Part shown: positions 12,068-23,764 of the stretch, piece after piece
Layout: each line of letters begins with the position of its first letter
How positions within the stretch are numbered: position 1 is the first letter of the stretch
NCBI RefSeq assembly: GCF_006345805.1
Contig: NW_021835375.1
Span: forward strand, 1 to 40,410
Direction of reading: 5' to 3'
DNA length: 40,410 nt
Origin: Octopus sinensis
Lineage: Eukaryota
Made by a program: the position numbers and the translations under genes
Notes under the pieces: model-generated
Told to the model about the DNA's origin: nothing
Seen by the model: the letters and a program-made list of their open reading frames with translations, nothing else
Databases searched by the model: none

Positions 12068-12739
12068 TCACGGGCGATGTGCCCTGTCTGCCTGCATCGA
12101 TAGCAAACGGGCCCCGGTTGCGTACAGTCCCGCACCATGTGCAACCCCTGGCATCTAAAACACCGTCCTGTGAACGGCTGCTTCTGTACGTCTTTCTCCG
12201 GTCGTCGTCCGTCTTTACACACATCCGTCACCGCCATCGCTATCGCCCTCCGCCCAGAGCGTCGCGTCAACACGCGGGCTTGAGTCACCAGTTCGCTCAG
12301 CGCCAGCTTTTTAATCCCGGCAATCGTTGTAGGTGAATCCCTACATCGTCGGGGAACCCATTTACGAACGTCAGCCGCGCCGCTCTCTCCAGCCCTTCTC
12401 CCAGCCAGCGTCGCTAACCTTCTAACTTCTGCCGCATACTCGTCCACTTGCCCCCCCCCCCGTCCACCGAATCGTACCCAGCTTAGCAAAAGCTGTGTAT
12501 TCACATTCTGTGTAGGCATCCTGCAATCGTTGCTCTATCTTTTCCTCGCTCAGGCGTTCCTCCTCCTCCATCTCAAGCGTTAACGCGCTCCCTTCTAAAT
12601 ACAGCGCCATAAGACTTGCCACATCGCTTATACCTTGCAGTCTTGCCACCAGCCTGATTTTCCGCATCCAGGCCACTACATCGCCTTCGCCATTAAAGGG
12701 TCTGATGATGTCGCTGGCGATCCTGATTTTCGCAGACAT
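12004..12739 (-). pseudogene. gag: gag pseudogene with two Zn knuckles
   Basis: MSAKIRIASDIIRPFNGEGDVVAW... Frameshifts at the C-run near 12450 and downstream. CFRCQGLHMVRDC and CYRCRQTGHIARDC. Confidence 0.8.
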
Positions 12740-13133
12740 CGTGGTGACGACTTACGTGGAATGCCGAAATAGCTTGTGGTGTGTGCAAGATAGTTGATAA
12801 ATAAAGGCACCTACCTTCTCTTCGCTCTGATAGAGACCCTTCAGTGGTACGGATCCTTCATCACAGCCCCGACCCGAACGCTAAGATAGCAGCTGCTTCA
12901 CCCAACCTTAGCAACGTCTTCACACTTCTTAACACCTCGATGACCCTCGTTGGAAAAGCCGAATTCACCGCTCTCTGCGCACGCCTGACGGCTTCACCTT
13001 CCGGTTGCCCCAGCTTCCGGTCAACGCACCCAGCTGCTGACGTCATCCAACAGTATGTATATATATATATACATATATATATATATAGATATAGATATAT
13101 ACATATGTATATATATAAATATTATATATATAT

Positions 13134-13180
<47 letters not shown>

Positions 13181-13241
13181 GAATATGTTTTGAAAAAAAA
13201 TATAAAATACACGTGTAAGTGTAAGGGTAAAATAAGAAAAG

Positions 13242-15496
13242 TCAACGAAAATGCATATTGCATGTATAAAAAGACTATTTATGATAGGTAGTGTCAAAAA
13301 TATACATTTTGAGTATTACGAGTCAAAAAGGTCATTATTATTGAAGGTTATAAGAAGTTAATAATAATAAAAAGGTAAGGGACTGAAACGAACCAATTGG
13401 TTTTCACGTTAGCTGTTCATCGTTTGAATAACACCGGTTAGTAGACGGTGTCAGGTCTAATAGTTCCTGAGAGGAAAGATTATTTGTAAGGGAGGTAAGT
13501 AGTTCTGGATTATATGTATAAGGGAGGTAAGTAGTTCAGGAATTAGAAATGTGAGTGATGTAGAAAGTGAATAGGGTTTAGTGGTTTAAATTGAAGAGTT
13601 AGTGGTGTTCTGTATTGAGTTGTGTGTTCACATTTAGTTGGGGGAGAAATCTATTGATGAAAAATGACTCTTTATTCAACCTTTGTTGCATGGTGGTGTT
13701 CTGTGAGCATTGGTAAAAGGGAAATATTTGGAAGTTGGGATTACGATTCCTGGCACATCTTTCTATGTGTTCACTCACCTTTAACTGTCTGTATTGTGTG
13801 TGGCGGATTTGCTCTTTGTGAATGGTGATTCTTTGACGGAGCGAAATTCCTGTTTGTCCAATATAGAGTTTACCGCATCCTATGCATGTCATCACATAGA
13901 TTACATTTGCCGAGGCGCAGGTGAAATTTGATTTGATCTTAAATATTTTTCTTTGTTTGAATTGGAATTCTGAACCCTCCAGGAGGTGGGGGCATGTTCC
14001 ACAGTTGGAACGTCCACATTTTGTCACTTTTGGTTCAGTAGTTAGTGGATAAAGTCTAGCGCTGGTTAGTATTCTTTTCAGTGACTTCGGTTGCTCTTTG
14101 CTTTTTATAATTTTATATGCGCTTAAAATTTCGTTCATTGTTTTGTCGGCTGTGAGGATGGGGAGGTTTTGGGTGATGATGTTGAAGGCTTCGTTGTTTC
14201 TAGGGTTATGTGTGGAGATGTACGGGAGTACTTTTAAGTCTTGTTTAGTATTTCGGCTAGTTTTCCTTAATCTTTGTATATCTATTCCCTTAGCTCTTTT
14301 GATGCCTTCATTTACTAATGAGATGGGGTAGTGTCTTTTAGTTAGTGTTGATCTAAGTTCAAGGAGTCTATGTTCACGAGTGCATGTATCGGAAACTATG
14401 GTGCAGATTCTTTTTGCTAGGTTAAAGGGTATGTTGATTGTTATGTGTTTGGGGTGGCAAGAGTTAAATAATAGCTATTGTTTAGAGTCTGTGGGTTTAT
14501 AAAAGATGTCTGTTTCTATGTGGTTGTTAACTATTCTAATTAAGATTTCTAGAAAAGGGAGTTACTTACTGTTGTGTTCCATAGTTAATTGTATATTGCT
14601 GTGTATGTTGTTGAGCATTCTTTTAAAATCAAGGAGTTGATCCATGCTATCTTGCCAAAGTATGAAGCAATAATCTAAATATCTCTTCCAGTTCTCCTTT
14701 AAGTAGTAATTGAAAGAGGCGCCATATTTTTCTAGTGATGATTGGTATAACTTAAGTTCGTGGTAACCCATTACGAGGTTTGCAACCACTGGAGCAGCTC
14801 TGGGGCCCATTGCAATACCGCATTTTTGTCGATAGTAAGTAGTATCGAACAAGAAGTGATTGTTCAGCAGTACGAATTTCAATGCTTCAATTATAAAATT
14901 GTGGTTAATTCGTCCTGGGATCTCTTCTGGGTATTTTTCTAACCAAAATGTGATTGCTTCTATACCATAGTCGTGTGGGATATTGGTGTATAGATTCACC
15001 ACATCGAAAGATACCAGTAGTATTCCGTCCTTTACTGTCTTCGGGGGGGGGGGGGTTCAGCATGTCTAGGTGATCCCTGATAAAACTTTTCACATATTTT
15101 AAAAGAGGTTTGAGTAATATGTCGAGGAAGTTGCTCAAACGGTGGGTTTCACAAGAAGGGCCAGCTATGATGGGTCTGAGTTTGAGGTCAGTAGGTGGAG
15201 GGACATTACCTCCCTTATACATATAATCCAGAACTACTTACCTCCCTTACAAATAATCTTTCCTCTCAGGAACTATTAGACCTGACACCGTCTACTAACC
15301 GGTGTTATTCAAACGATGAACAGCTAACGTGAAAACCAATTGGTTCGTTTCAGTCCCTTACCTTTTTATTATTATTATTAACTTCTTATAACCTTCAATA
15401 ATAATGACCTTTTTGACTCGTAATACTCAAAATGTATATTTTGTCACTACCTATCATAAATAGTCTTTTTATACATGCAATATGCATTTTCGTTGA
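13242..15496 (-). mobile_element. Penelope-like element (Neptune-like), 5'-truncated, with inverted pLTR
   Basis: RT (RPIIAGPSCET, VVNLYTNIP, GIAMG, RYLDY, FYKPTDSKQ), Cys linker (KCGRSNCGTC), C-terminal GIY-YIG (VIYVMTC..C..LYIGQT). Arms 13242-13530 and 15206-15496 are near-identical inverted repeats. Confidence 0.9.
13599..15205 (-). pseudogene. PLE RT + GIY-YIG endonuclease ORF, disrupted
   Basis: Frameshift at the G-run near 15045-15056, two in-frame stops (14562 and about 14475), catalytic YLDD mutated to YLDY. The last 179 codons (endonuclease) are open. Confidence 0.85.
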
Positions 15497-15576
15497 TATG
15501 TATATATGTGTATATATACATATGTATGTATATACATGTATATATATATGTATATACATATGTATGTATATACATG

Positions 15577-15608
<32 letters not shown>

Positions 15609-15796
15609 TATGTATGTATATAAATATATATATGTGCATGTATATGTGTATGTATATACTTTATTGGTTTATTTTATTTGTTTCAGTCATTCGACTGCGG
15701 CCATCCTGGATCACTGTGTTTAGTTTCTTACGCCTATAAATAAATGTATAAATACACACACACACACACACACACATATTTATATATACATACATA

Positions 15797-16967
15797 CAGG
15801 GTTGGAATAAATAATGGAAACACCTAGTATCATAGCATCATAATTTTGATATATCTATAAAACTATCAAAAGCTTGGTTATGTATATGTTTTGTGATTTA
15901 TAATTAGCGTTGCTTTATATGTTTTGCTAAAATTGCTGTTTCTTTTCAGATATTATCAGAAAAAGCTAATTCAAATTCATTAAAATTACAGATATATCAG
16001 AATTTCAAAGAGGTCAAATTGTTGGTGCCCGCATAGCAGGCGCTAGCGTAAATAAAACAGCTGGAATGTTTGGTCTATCAAGAAGTAGTGTCTCGAAAGT
16101 AATGACAGCCTTCGAGAAAGAGGGAAAAAAACCTCCTCATCGAAACAAAACTTTCAGATAGGGACCGTCGGTTTTTTATGCGAATTGTCAGAAAGGATCA
16201 CGAATGGAGGAAAGCTGCACAAAGCCGGATTTCACGGAAGGGCTTCAATCAAAAATCCACTGCTTTCAAAAACAACCGTTGCAAAGTGTTCGGAGTGGAG
16301 TAAAATCCTACAGAATTGGTCCCTAGAGCAGTGGAAGAATCTTATTTTCTCGGACGAGTCATCCTTTACCTTATTTCTAACCACCAGCCGAGTGTACGTG
16401 TGGAGACAGCCAAAAGAAGCATTTGACCTAGACTGCCTTCTTCCAATTGTTAAACATGGAGGAGAATCTGTGATGATCTGGTAGTTGGGGGCTATGTCTT
16501 GGAAATCTGCCGGCCCAATGGTTTCCCTTCATGGCAGAATAAATAGTCAAGACTATTTAAACATTTTATCTGATCAAATTCATTCCTGTGATTGCAGAAC
16601 TGTTTCTGGAGGGAAACGCAATCTTTTAAGATGATAATGTACCAATTCACACAGCTAAAGTTGTTACTGAATGGCACGAGGAACATTCTAGTGAAGTTGA
16701 ACATCTTATCTGGCCACCACAGTCCCTAGATGGTGCATTTTAGAAAAACAAGTAAGGAGTCGATTTCGTCCACCATCATCACTACAAGAACTAGAGATTG
16801 TTTTAACAACTGAAGAATGGAAAAAAATTCCTTTGGAAACATTTCAAACTGTATACGAGTCCATACCTCGAAGAATTCAAGCTATAATTACTGCCAAAGT
16901 CGGCCCTGCCTCATATTAAAAAAGTTACTTGAAATTTAAGTGTTTCCATTATTTTGTCCAACACTTG
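15797..16967 (+). mobile_element. Tc1-like transposon, same family as 4860-5732
   Basis: TA-flanked TIRs CAGGGTTGGAATAAATAATGGAAACAC / GTGTTTCCATTATTTTGTCCAACACTTG; IFSDESSF motif; the PDLNIIE segment is deleted. Confidence 0.88.
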
Positions 16968-16975
16968 TAGATATG

Positions 16976-17027
<52 letters not shown>

Positions 17028-17035
17028 AATATATC

Positions 17036-17066
<31 letters not shown>

Positions 17067-17137
17067 ATACATATGTGTATGTATATAAGTATGTGTATGT
17101 ATATATGTATATGTGTATATGTGTATGTATATATATA

Positions 17138-17188
<51 letters not shown>

Positions 17189-17689
17189 TGTGCGTGTGTG
17201 TGTGGTATGCGTATCTATGTAAGTATGTATATATGCACGCATATTTGTATATGTATATATATATATATATACATATAATTCATACATATGGTATATATAA
17301 ATGTATGTATATATGTATACATATGCACATATAGATCATATATATGCATACATACACACACACACACATATATGCGTGATGGTACTTAGAAAAGGAAAGG
17401 GCACTCAATAGTATCTAGTCGTATATATTATTTATATAATTTGTTTCTATCCCCTGCTTAATCAATCTTCTTAAGCCCCCAAGGCGAGCCCTTCAACCAT
17501 TTTATTGCCGATTTGTTAGATCTTTGTAAATCTCATTACATTATGTATCTACATTGTATACAATATATTTTTGTTTTAATTTATACATATTCCTCCTCTA
17601 AAAGTTTCTATACTCTATCTTGCCTATATAGTATATACACTCTTGAGGCTGATTGTTAACAAAATTTCTTAAAAATCTTAGTTACTGCT

Positions 17690-17690
17690 C

Positions 17691-17772
<82 letters not shown>

Positions 17773-17794
17773 GTCTTTCTATCAATCTAACTAA

Positions 17795-17869
<75 letters not shown>

Positions 17870-17945
17870 GTCTATATATCTATCTATCTATCTATCTATC
17901 TAAATAATTTTATCTATCCATATATCTATCTCTCTGGCTATCTCT
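17690..17945. repeat. (TCTA)n microsatellite
   Basis: Seen directly. Confidence 0.95.
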
Positions 17946-18939
17946 AACAGATAGATAGGCGAAAAGAGAGAAAGACAGAGAATGTTAGAGGGTGCATAAT
18001 AGGGTAAATCTTTAAAATCATATGTTTATATATGTATACATCCACCCACCACATCCACGTATATACATACATACATACATACATACATACTTACATACAT
18101 ACATATATATATATACACACACACACGTATGTTATATTAATGACGATAATGCATAACTTGGCACATGTATAACGATTCGATTTACCCTTCAAATCTGTCT
18201 ATATACTTGCATATATATACATAAACGTACGCACACATACACGTCTCCATACACATACGTAGGTATTTGTTTGTATGTGAACCTTCACACACATACTCAC
18301 TCGTACACACACACATATATATATTGAAATGTTTTCACATACATATACACATATGTAAATGTATACACATACATTATATGTGCATACATATTGAAATGAT
18401 TTTCCTATTATCTATTACGTAATGATCTGGAACGCATGTCTTAAACACTTTTTGTTCTCAAAACATGACTTCTTTAGCTCAGTCCGTTTCACCGCAACGT
18501 CTTTGACAAGTTTCTTCTATATGTTCCCAGTGAGATCAAAACTTTGCGAGTGGATTTTGTGTAGCCACTGGAACAATAAGTACACTTCTTGAAAAAAATA
18601 CGTACTGGGGCCGATTTGTTGGACACATCACAACCTTCAGTGCAGAAACTCCAGTTTGGCCACATAGCAATGACTGTTAACAATTCAAGCATAAAGTATA
18701 AAATGTATGCGAGACGTAGTCAAACTATTTGAAAGTAATTGTAGATTGTATAACAAAGGAAACATTGGTATCAGCGAGGGTTATTTCCATTGCTTTCAAA
18801 GAAGGGCATAAACACTCAAGAAAAAGAGATTTTCTTTATGTGCAGTGATATAATAAAGAAAGAGATTGAGTGAAAAATACTGTAAGAAATGTATATTTAA
18901 ATAGCTGAAACGGTAAAACGTGACTGATGAGAAAATCAG

Positions 18940-19300
18940 AGTGAAACTTTAAAAGACATTACAGAAGAAATAACGCAAAAAATTGCGCAAAAAATAGCGA
19001 AAGAATGGCGGAAAATAACCTTCTGATGGTCAATATACTGGCTGACTCAACTGGACAGGACAAAGAGGAGGGGGAATAGAATATAAAATTTATCAAAGGA
19101 ATTAATACTGTACATTACGACAATATCGATACAAACGGTAAATCTAGTGTTAGTTGCTTAAGATCGATTGTAACCACAAAATTTCCCGAAAAGAAAACAA
19201 AAACTAACGATGGAAGATGCTGACATTAACTTAAGCTATGTGATGAATATAAAGAAAGAATCGACTGCATTATTTCCGTCTGACCATATCTTGAAGAAAA
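18940..19300 (+). mobile_element. possible R4/Dong-like non-LTR retrotransposon C-terminal remnant
   Basis: About 19200-19295 reads KTNDGRC*H*LKLCDEYKERIDCIISV*PYL, resembling the CRLC...ETIDHI.SGC Zn knuckle. Heavily decayed. Confidence 0.4.
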
Positions 19301-19954
19301 ATCGGTAGAACTTTTTTTTATAGATATTCACGGAGATGTTGTTTCAACTAGTGGAATTAATACAGATACTTTCCGTTACAAACTTAAAATGAATGACATT
19401 AGAATACGCACCAAGTAGATTGCTTGGTGTATGACTCGATATGATGACTGGACTGTTTTGTCTGTTCTATGAATTGTATGTGAGAGACTAGACATGTTTT
19501 CCTAGCTTCCATGCATCGTATATGATACACATTATAATTTTTCATAAAAAAACCAGAGTAACTTGGGATTTATGAAAGAAAGCTTTCTATTACTCAGAAA
19601 GCATGAAATAAGGGCTAACTAAAAGTCTAGCCAATTCTTGTAAAGGTAGAATATGTTATAGATATTTACAGGCATGTAGATGCATCCACTGGGAATTAAT
19701 ACAGACACTTTCCATTTCAAACTTAAAAGTTGATTGCTTGGTATATGCCATAATATAATGACTAGACTCCGAGTTAAATTTATCAAGACGAATATGAAAA
19801 TGTGGGCCTTCCAGATATTATTTTATAAATATGTAAAGAGAAATAACACTGTATAACAAAATTTTTCGTTGCCTTTGGTTAGTAAGTGTTTTCAAACTGA
19901 TATATTTTCCATTATATTTCAGACAGATTCAGCACTGAGTCGCTGAAGCAGAAA

Positions 19955-20130
19955 TATCATTATAGCAAATATTCTGCTCAATACCACAAATTTGTCAGTG
20001 GCATGAACTTAACCACTTGAGCATATCCCTTAGTGGCTGACATTACGGTCATCTCTGATCACTAGCAGGAGTATTGGGAGGGCATCGTAGCCATGTGTTG
20101 AGTGGGATTCTTTGGTGTTTGAATAAAAGT
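19955..20130. repeat. interspersed repeat fragment, family uncertain
   Basis: AAATATTCTGCTCAA...TTAACCACTTGAGCATATCCCTTAGTGGCTGAC...GTAGCCATGTGTTGAG resembles a common octopus repeat as I recall it; no second copy in this window. Confidence 0.35.
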
Positions 20131-20239
20131 AACAAAAGCTAATTTTGAAGGAAATATTAGGCATTTTTCATGCTTTCTAGGAGTAAACAAGTTAGAAATA
20201 GCAGTTGTTACCCAAAATCGTATTACACAGTGTAATACT

Positions 20240-20456
20240 TATTTCTTTACTATCCACAAGGGGCAAACAAGGACAGACAAACGGATTAAGTCGATTACAT
20301 CGACCCCAGTGCGTAATTGGTACTTAATTTATCGACACCGAAAGGATGAAAGGCAAAGACGACCTCGGCGGAATTTGAACTCAGACCGTAACGGCAGACG
20401 AAATACCGCTAAGCATTTCGACCGGCGTGCTAACGTTTCTGCCAGCTCGCCGCCAA
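20240..20456 (-). mobile_element. SINE (same family as 3279-3509) with 15-bp TSD
   Basis: TSD ACACAGTGTAATACT at 20225-20239 and 20457-20471; tRNA-like head and A-rich tail. Confidence 0.9.
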
Positions 20457-20624
20457 ACACAGTGTAATACTGTTAATGCTGTGATCTCAAGAAAGGGTAT
20501 GAAACGTTCGGTTCATCACTTGACGTCGATGATTTGAATCTGACTTAGACATTTTAGTATTTCCCTGGTCCTCCATTTACCGATATACATACATATATAC
20601 ATACACACACACACACACTCACAA

Positions 20625-21005
20625 ACATACACGTGTGTTTTGAGTTTGTCTCAACGGCACTTGACAACTATAATTGGTTTGTTTATGTCCCGCTAAATTG
20701 CCAGTTCGTCAAAGGAAACCAAAATGTATATAGGAATATAAAGCTGACGTAAAAATGAATACGACGAAATACATACCAAGTTGATTGCTTGGTATATGCC
20801 ACAGTATATTGAATAGACTCCGAGTTAAATTTATCAAGACGAATATGAAAATGTGGGCCTTCCAGATATTATTTTATAAATATGTAAAGAGAAATAACAC
20901 TGTATAACAAAATTTTTCGTTGCCTTTGAATACGACGAAACCCTTCAAGGTGTTGATAAAGCATGGCCTGCTGTAGTCCAATGACTGACAAGTAAAAGAT
21001 GAAAG
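20625..21005 (+). mobile_element. diverged SINE tail interrupted by a 157-bp insertion
   Basis: GCACTTGACAAC...TATGTCCCG before the insert; CCCTTCAAGGTG...GCATGGCC...GACAAGTAAAAGATGAAAG after it. Confidence 0.55.
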
Positions 21006-21349
21006 AAGTCAACTTGGGACTGTGACACACGACAAATGCTCCCCCAAACACATTTATTGTTACTAAGGTCGAATGGGGGCTAGATCCGAAACTGCATAGG
21101 CATTATAAACCCCAGAGCAGACGATCTTCGTACCAATTATTAATTGTTCTAAATGCTCAAACTTAACCCTTGTGAAATTCTACATGTAATTACAGCACAC
21201 TTTAATGTTCCACAATTACGATTTCAAAGAAAAACAGTTGAAAGATTCCTGCATATGAAAAACAAAATGCCTTAATTGAGATTTAAGTGGTTTTATTGTC
21301 CTCGAGAGGATGTGTTACAATAGCTTTCTATCTATCTATCTATCCATCC

Positions 21350-21396
<47 letters not shown>

Positions 21397-21984
21397 ATCT
21401 ATCTATCTACTATCTATCTATCTTCTATCTATCTGTATGTTTTCTGTCTGCCACTGCCTTCTCTCACTTGTCTCTCTCCCTTCTCTGTCTCTCACTTTTC
21501 TCTCTCTCTTCTCTCTCTCCCATCTCTCTCTCCCTTCTCTCTCTCCCTTCTATCTCTCCCTTCTCTCTCTCCCCTCTCTCTCTCCCTTCTATCTCTCTCC
21601 CCCTCTCTCGCTTTCTCTCTCTCTCTATATATATATATATAAGTTTTCCCATTTATCTGTGTATTCATACATTTATCTCTATAAACACACACACATACAC
21701 ACACATATATATATATCTGTATTCTTAAATATATATATATATATACATATATAGATAGATAAATAGACACTGGTATATGTTTATACGTATATATATGCTT
21801 GAGGTTCGTACAGAGAGTAGTAGTATCAACAGTGTTACGTACGAAAAAAAAGGCCTTAATTGACTTTTAAGTGGTTTTATTATCCTCGGGAGGATGTATT
21901 ACAGCAGCGTCGTGGCAGAGCTGATTCCTTTGTTTTCGAGGAAAATAATTAAGTATCATCATCATCATCATCATCATCATTATT

Positions 21985-22013
21985 ATTATGATTATATTGA
22001 GTGGAGAGCAGTG

Positions 22014-22050
<37 letters not shown>

Positions 22051-22079
22051 TATTATTATTATTATTATTATTGTTATTG

Positions 22080-22135
<56 letters not shown>

Positions 22136-22143
22136 TATTATTA

Positions 22144-22196
<53 letters not shown>
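21985..22196. repeat. (ATT)n microsatellite
   Basis: Seen directly; gives the poly-I/L/Y pseudo-ORFs. Confidence 0.95.
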
Positions 22197-22674
22197 TCTG
22201 CAACATAACTAACGGCAGTGAATGAGACACATTAAGTGTACTGACCTATGGTCTATGTTAATTGTAACGTAAATGCTTAGTTATACAGTTATACTCTTGT
22301 GGTGTGTGTGTGTGTGGTGTGTGTGTGTGTGTGTGTGTGTAAATAAACACGTGTGTATAAGTGGGTGTGCGTGTATGGGTATATACCTAGATACGTAAAC
22401 ATGTATATATGTATATATTTACGTACCTATCTATCTGTGCATCTATCAATCTACACATCTCTCTCCCTATTTCTGTTTAACTAGGTATCTATCTACTCAT
22501 ACACACGCACACACATGCATGCATGGTCGCACACACACACACACACACACACATACACGCACACACACACGTGCACGCCTTTCTGTGAGTACGTTGTTGG
22601 CTGTGAGCAACATTTTATCAAACCTCATTGTCCTGCCCATACAGTCCTATATCCCACGATGTAGGTTACAATGC

Positions 22675-22687
22675 CATCATCATCATC

Positions 22688-22727
<40 letters not shown>

Positions 22728-22744
22728 TAATAATAATATTAATG

Positions 22745-22805
<61 letters not shown>

Positions 22806-22806
22806 C
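22675..22806. repeat. (CAT)n(AAT)n microsatellite
   Basis: Seen directly. Confidence 0.95.
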
Positions 22807-22985
22807 AAGAACAGCATTTGATACAATGGGTGAATACAACATACTATGGTCTTCAATTTTGTGGTATAACGGTCCTGTATTATTCAACGATATACATACA
22901 TATGTATTTATATAAATATGTTTGTGAGTGCGTGTGTGTGCTGTGTGTGTTACTTCTGTTGAATGTTAATAGAAATATACATATA

Positions 22986-23358
22986 GGCGCAGGAGTGGCT
23001 GTGTGGTAAGTAGCTTTCTTACCAACCACATGGTTTCAGGTTCAGTCCCACTGAGTGGCACCTTGGGCAAGTGTCTTCTACTATAGCCTCGGGTCGACCA
23101 AAACCTTGTGAGTGGATCTGGTAGACGGAAACTGAAAGAAGCCTGTCGTATACAATGTATATATATATATATACATATATATGTATTAATATTGTGTTGT
23201 CTGTGATTGTCCATCCACCTTCACTTAACCGATGTTGTTGAGCTTACGTCCCCGCAAACTAGCGGTTCGGCTAAGCAGATCCATAGAATAAGTACTAAGC
23301 TTACAAAGAATAAATTCTGGGGTTGATTTGTCCGACTAAATGACTGAAATAAATAAAA

Positions 23359-23361
<3 letters not shown>
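22986..23361 (+). mobile_element. near-complete tRNA-derived CORE-like SINE
   Basis: GGCGCAGGAGTGGCTGTGTGGTAAG A-box region, GGTTCAGTCCC B-box, ACCTTGGGCAAGTGTCTT core, internal (TA)n, AAATAAAAGA tail. Confidence 0.85.
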
Positions 23362-23392
<31 letters not shown>

Positions 23393-23393
<1 letters not shown>

Positions 23394-23757
23394 CATGGGC
23401 ATGGTTGAATGGTGAAAATGTTCGCTTTACATGGTTCCGGGTTCATTCCCACTATGTTGCACAAGTGTCCCGTACAATATCCCCGGTTCAACCCGGGCCT
23501 TGTGCATCTATTTGGTTGGTGAAAACTGGGTAGAAAAACGGGATAAAATCAGATTATATCATTGGTCTCTACGGAGGTTTCACAGTTGTGGAGCTCGAAA
23601 CTCTCCAGTAGAACACGTGTATATAACTGTGAAAACAAAATCAGTGACAGGTTCGCTTCCTTCGACTAAAACCCTTGATGGCTCTGCTCTTTGACGAAAC
23701 TCCTCTGGACGGTGCTCCTGCATGGCTGCAGTCTAATGATTTGGAACAAGTAAAAGG
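23393..23757 (+). mobile_element. diverged SINE, same family
   Basis: CATGGTTCCGGGTTCATTCCCAC head; GGTGCTCCTGCATGGCTGCAGTCTAATGA...ACAAGTAAAAG tail. Confidence 0.6.
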
Positions 23758-23764
23758 TACATGA

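Larger units (their letters stand above)
8908..13052 (-). mobile_element. LTR-type retrotransposon (Ty3/Gypsy domain order), decayed, integrase C-terminus truncated
   Basis: GC-rich block between (TA)n tracts carrying gag, two Zn knuckles, protease, RT, RNase H and integrase. No identical LTR pair found. Confidence 0.85.

Noticed and set aside
12844-13218. ORFs 12844..13218(+) and 12861..13046(-) as an accessory gene
   Set aside because: No recognisable motif; they lie in the element's presumed terminal region and one runs into (TA)n.
18410-18720. Unique-looking sequence with ORF 18489..18692 as a host exon
   Set aside because: No recognisable protein in any frame and no convincing splice-site pair.
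18920-18960. CTGATGA...GAAAC as a hammerhead
   Set aside because: No pairing for stems I or II and no NUH site in register.
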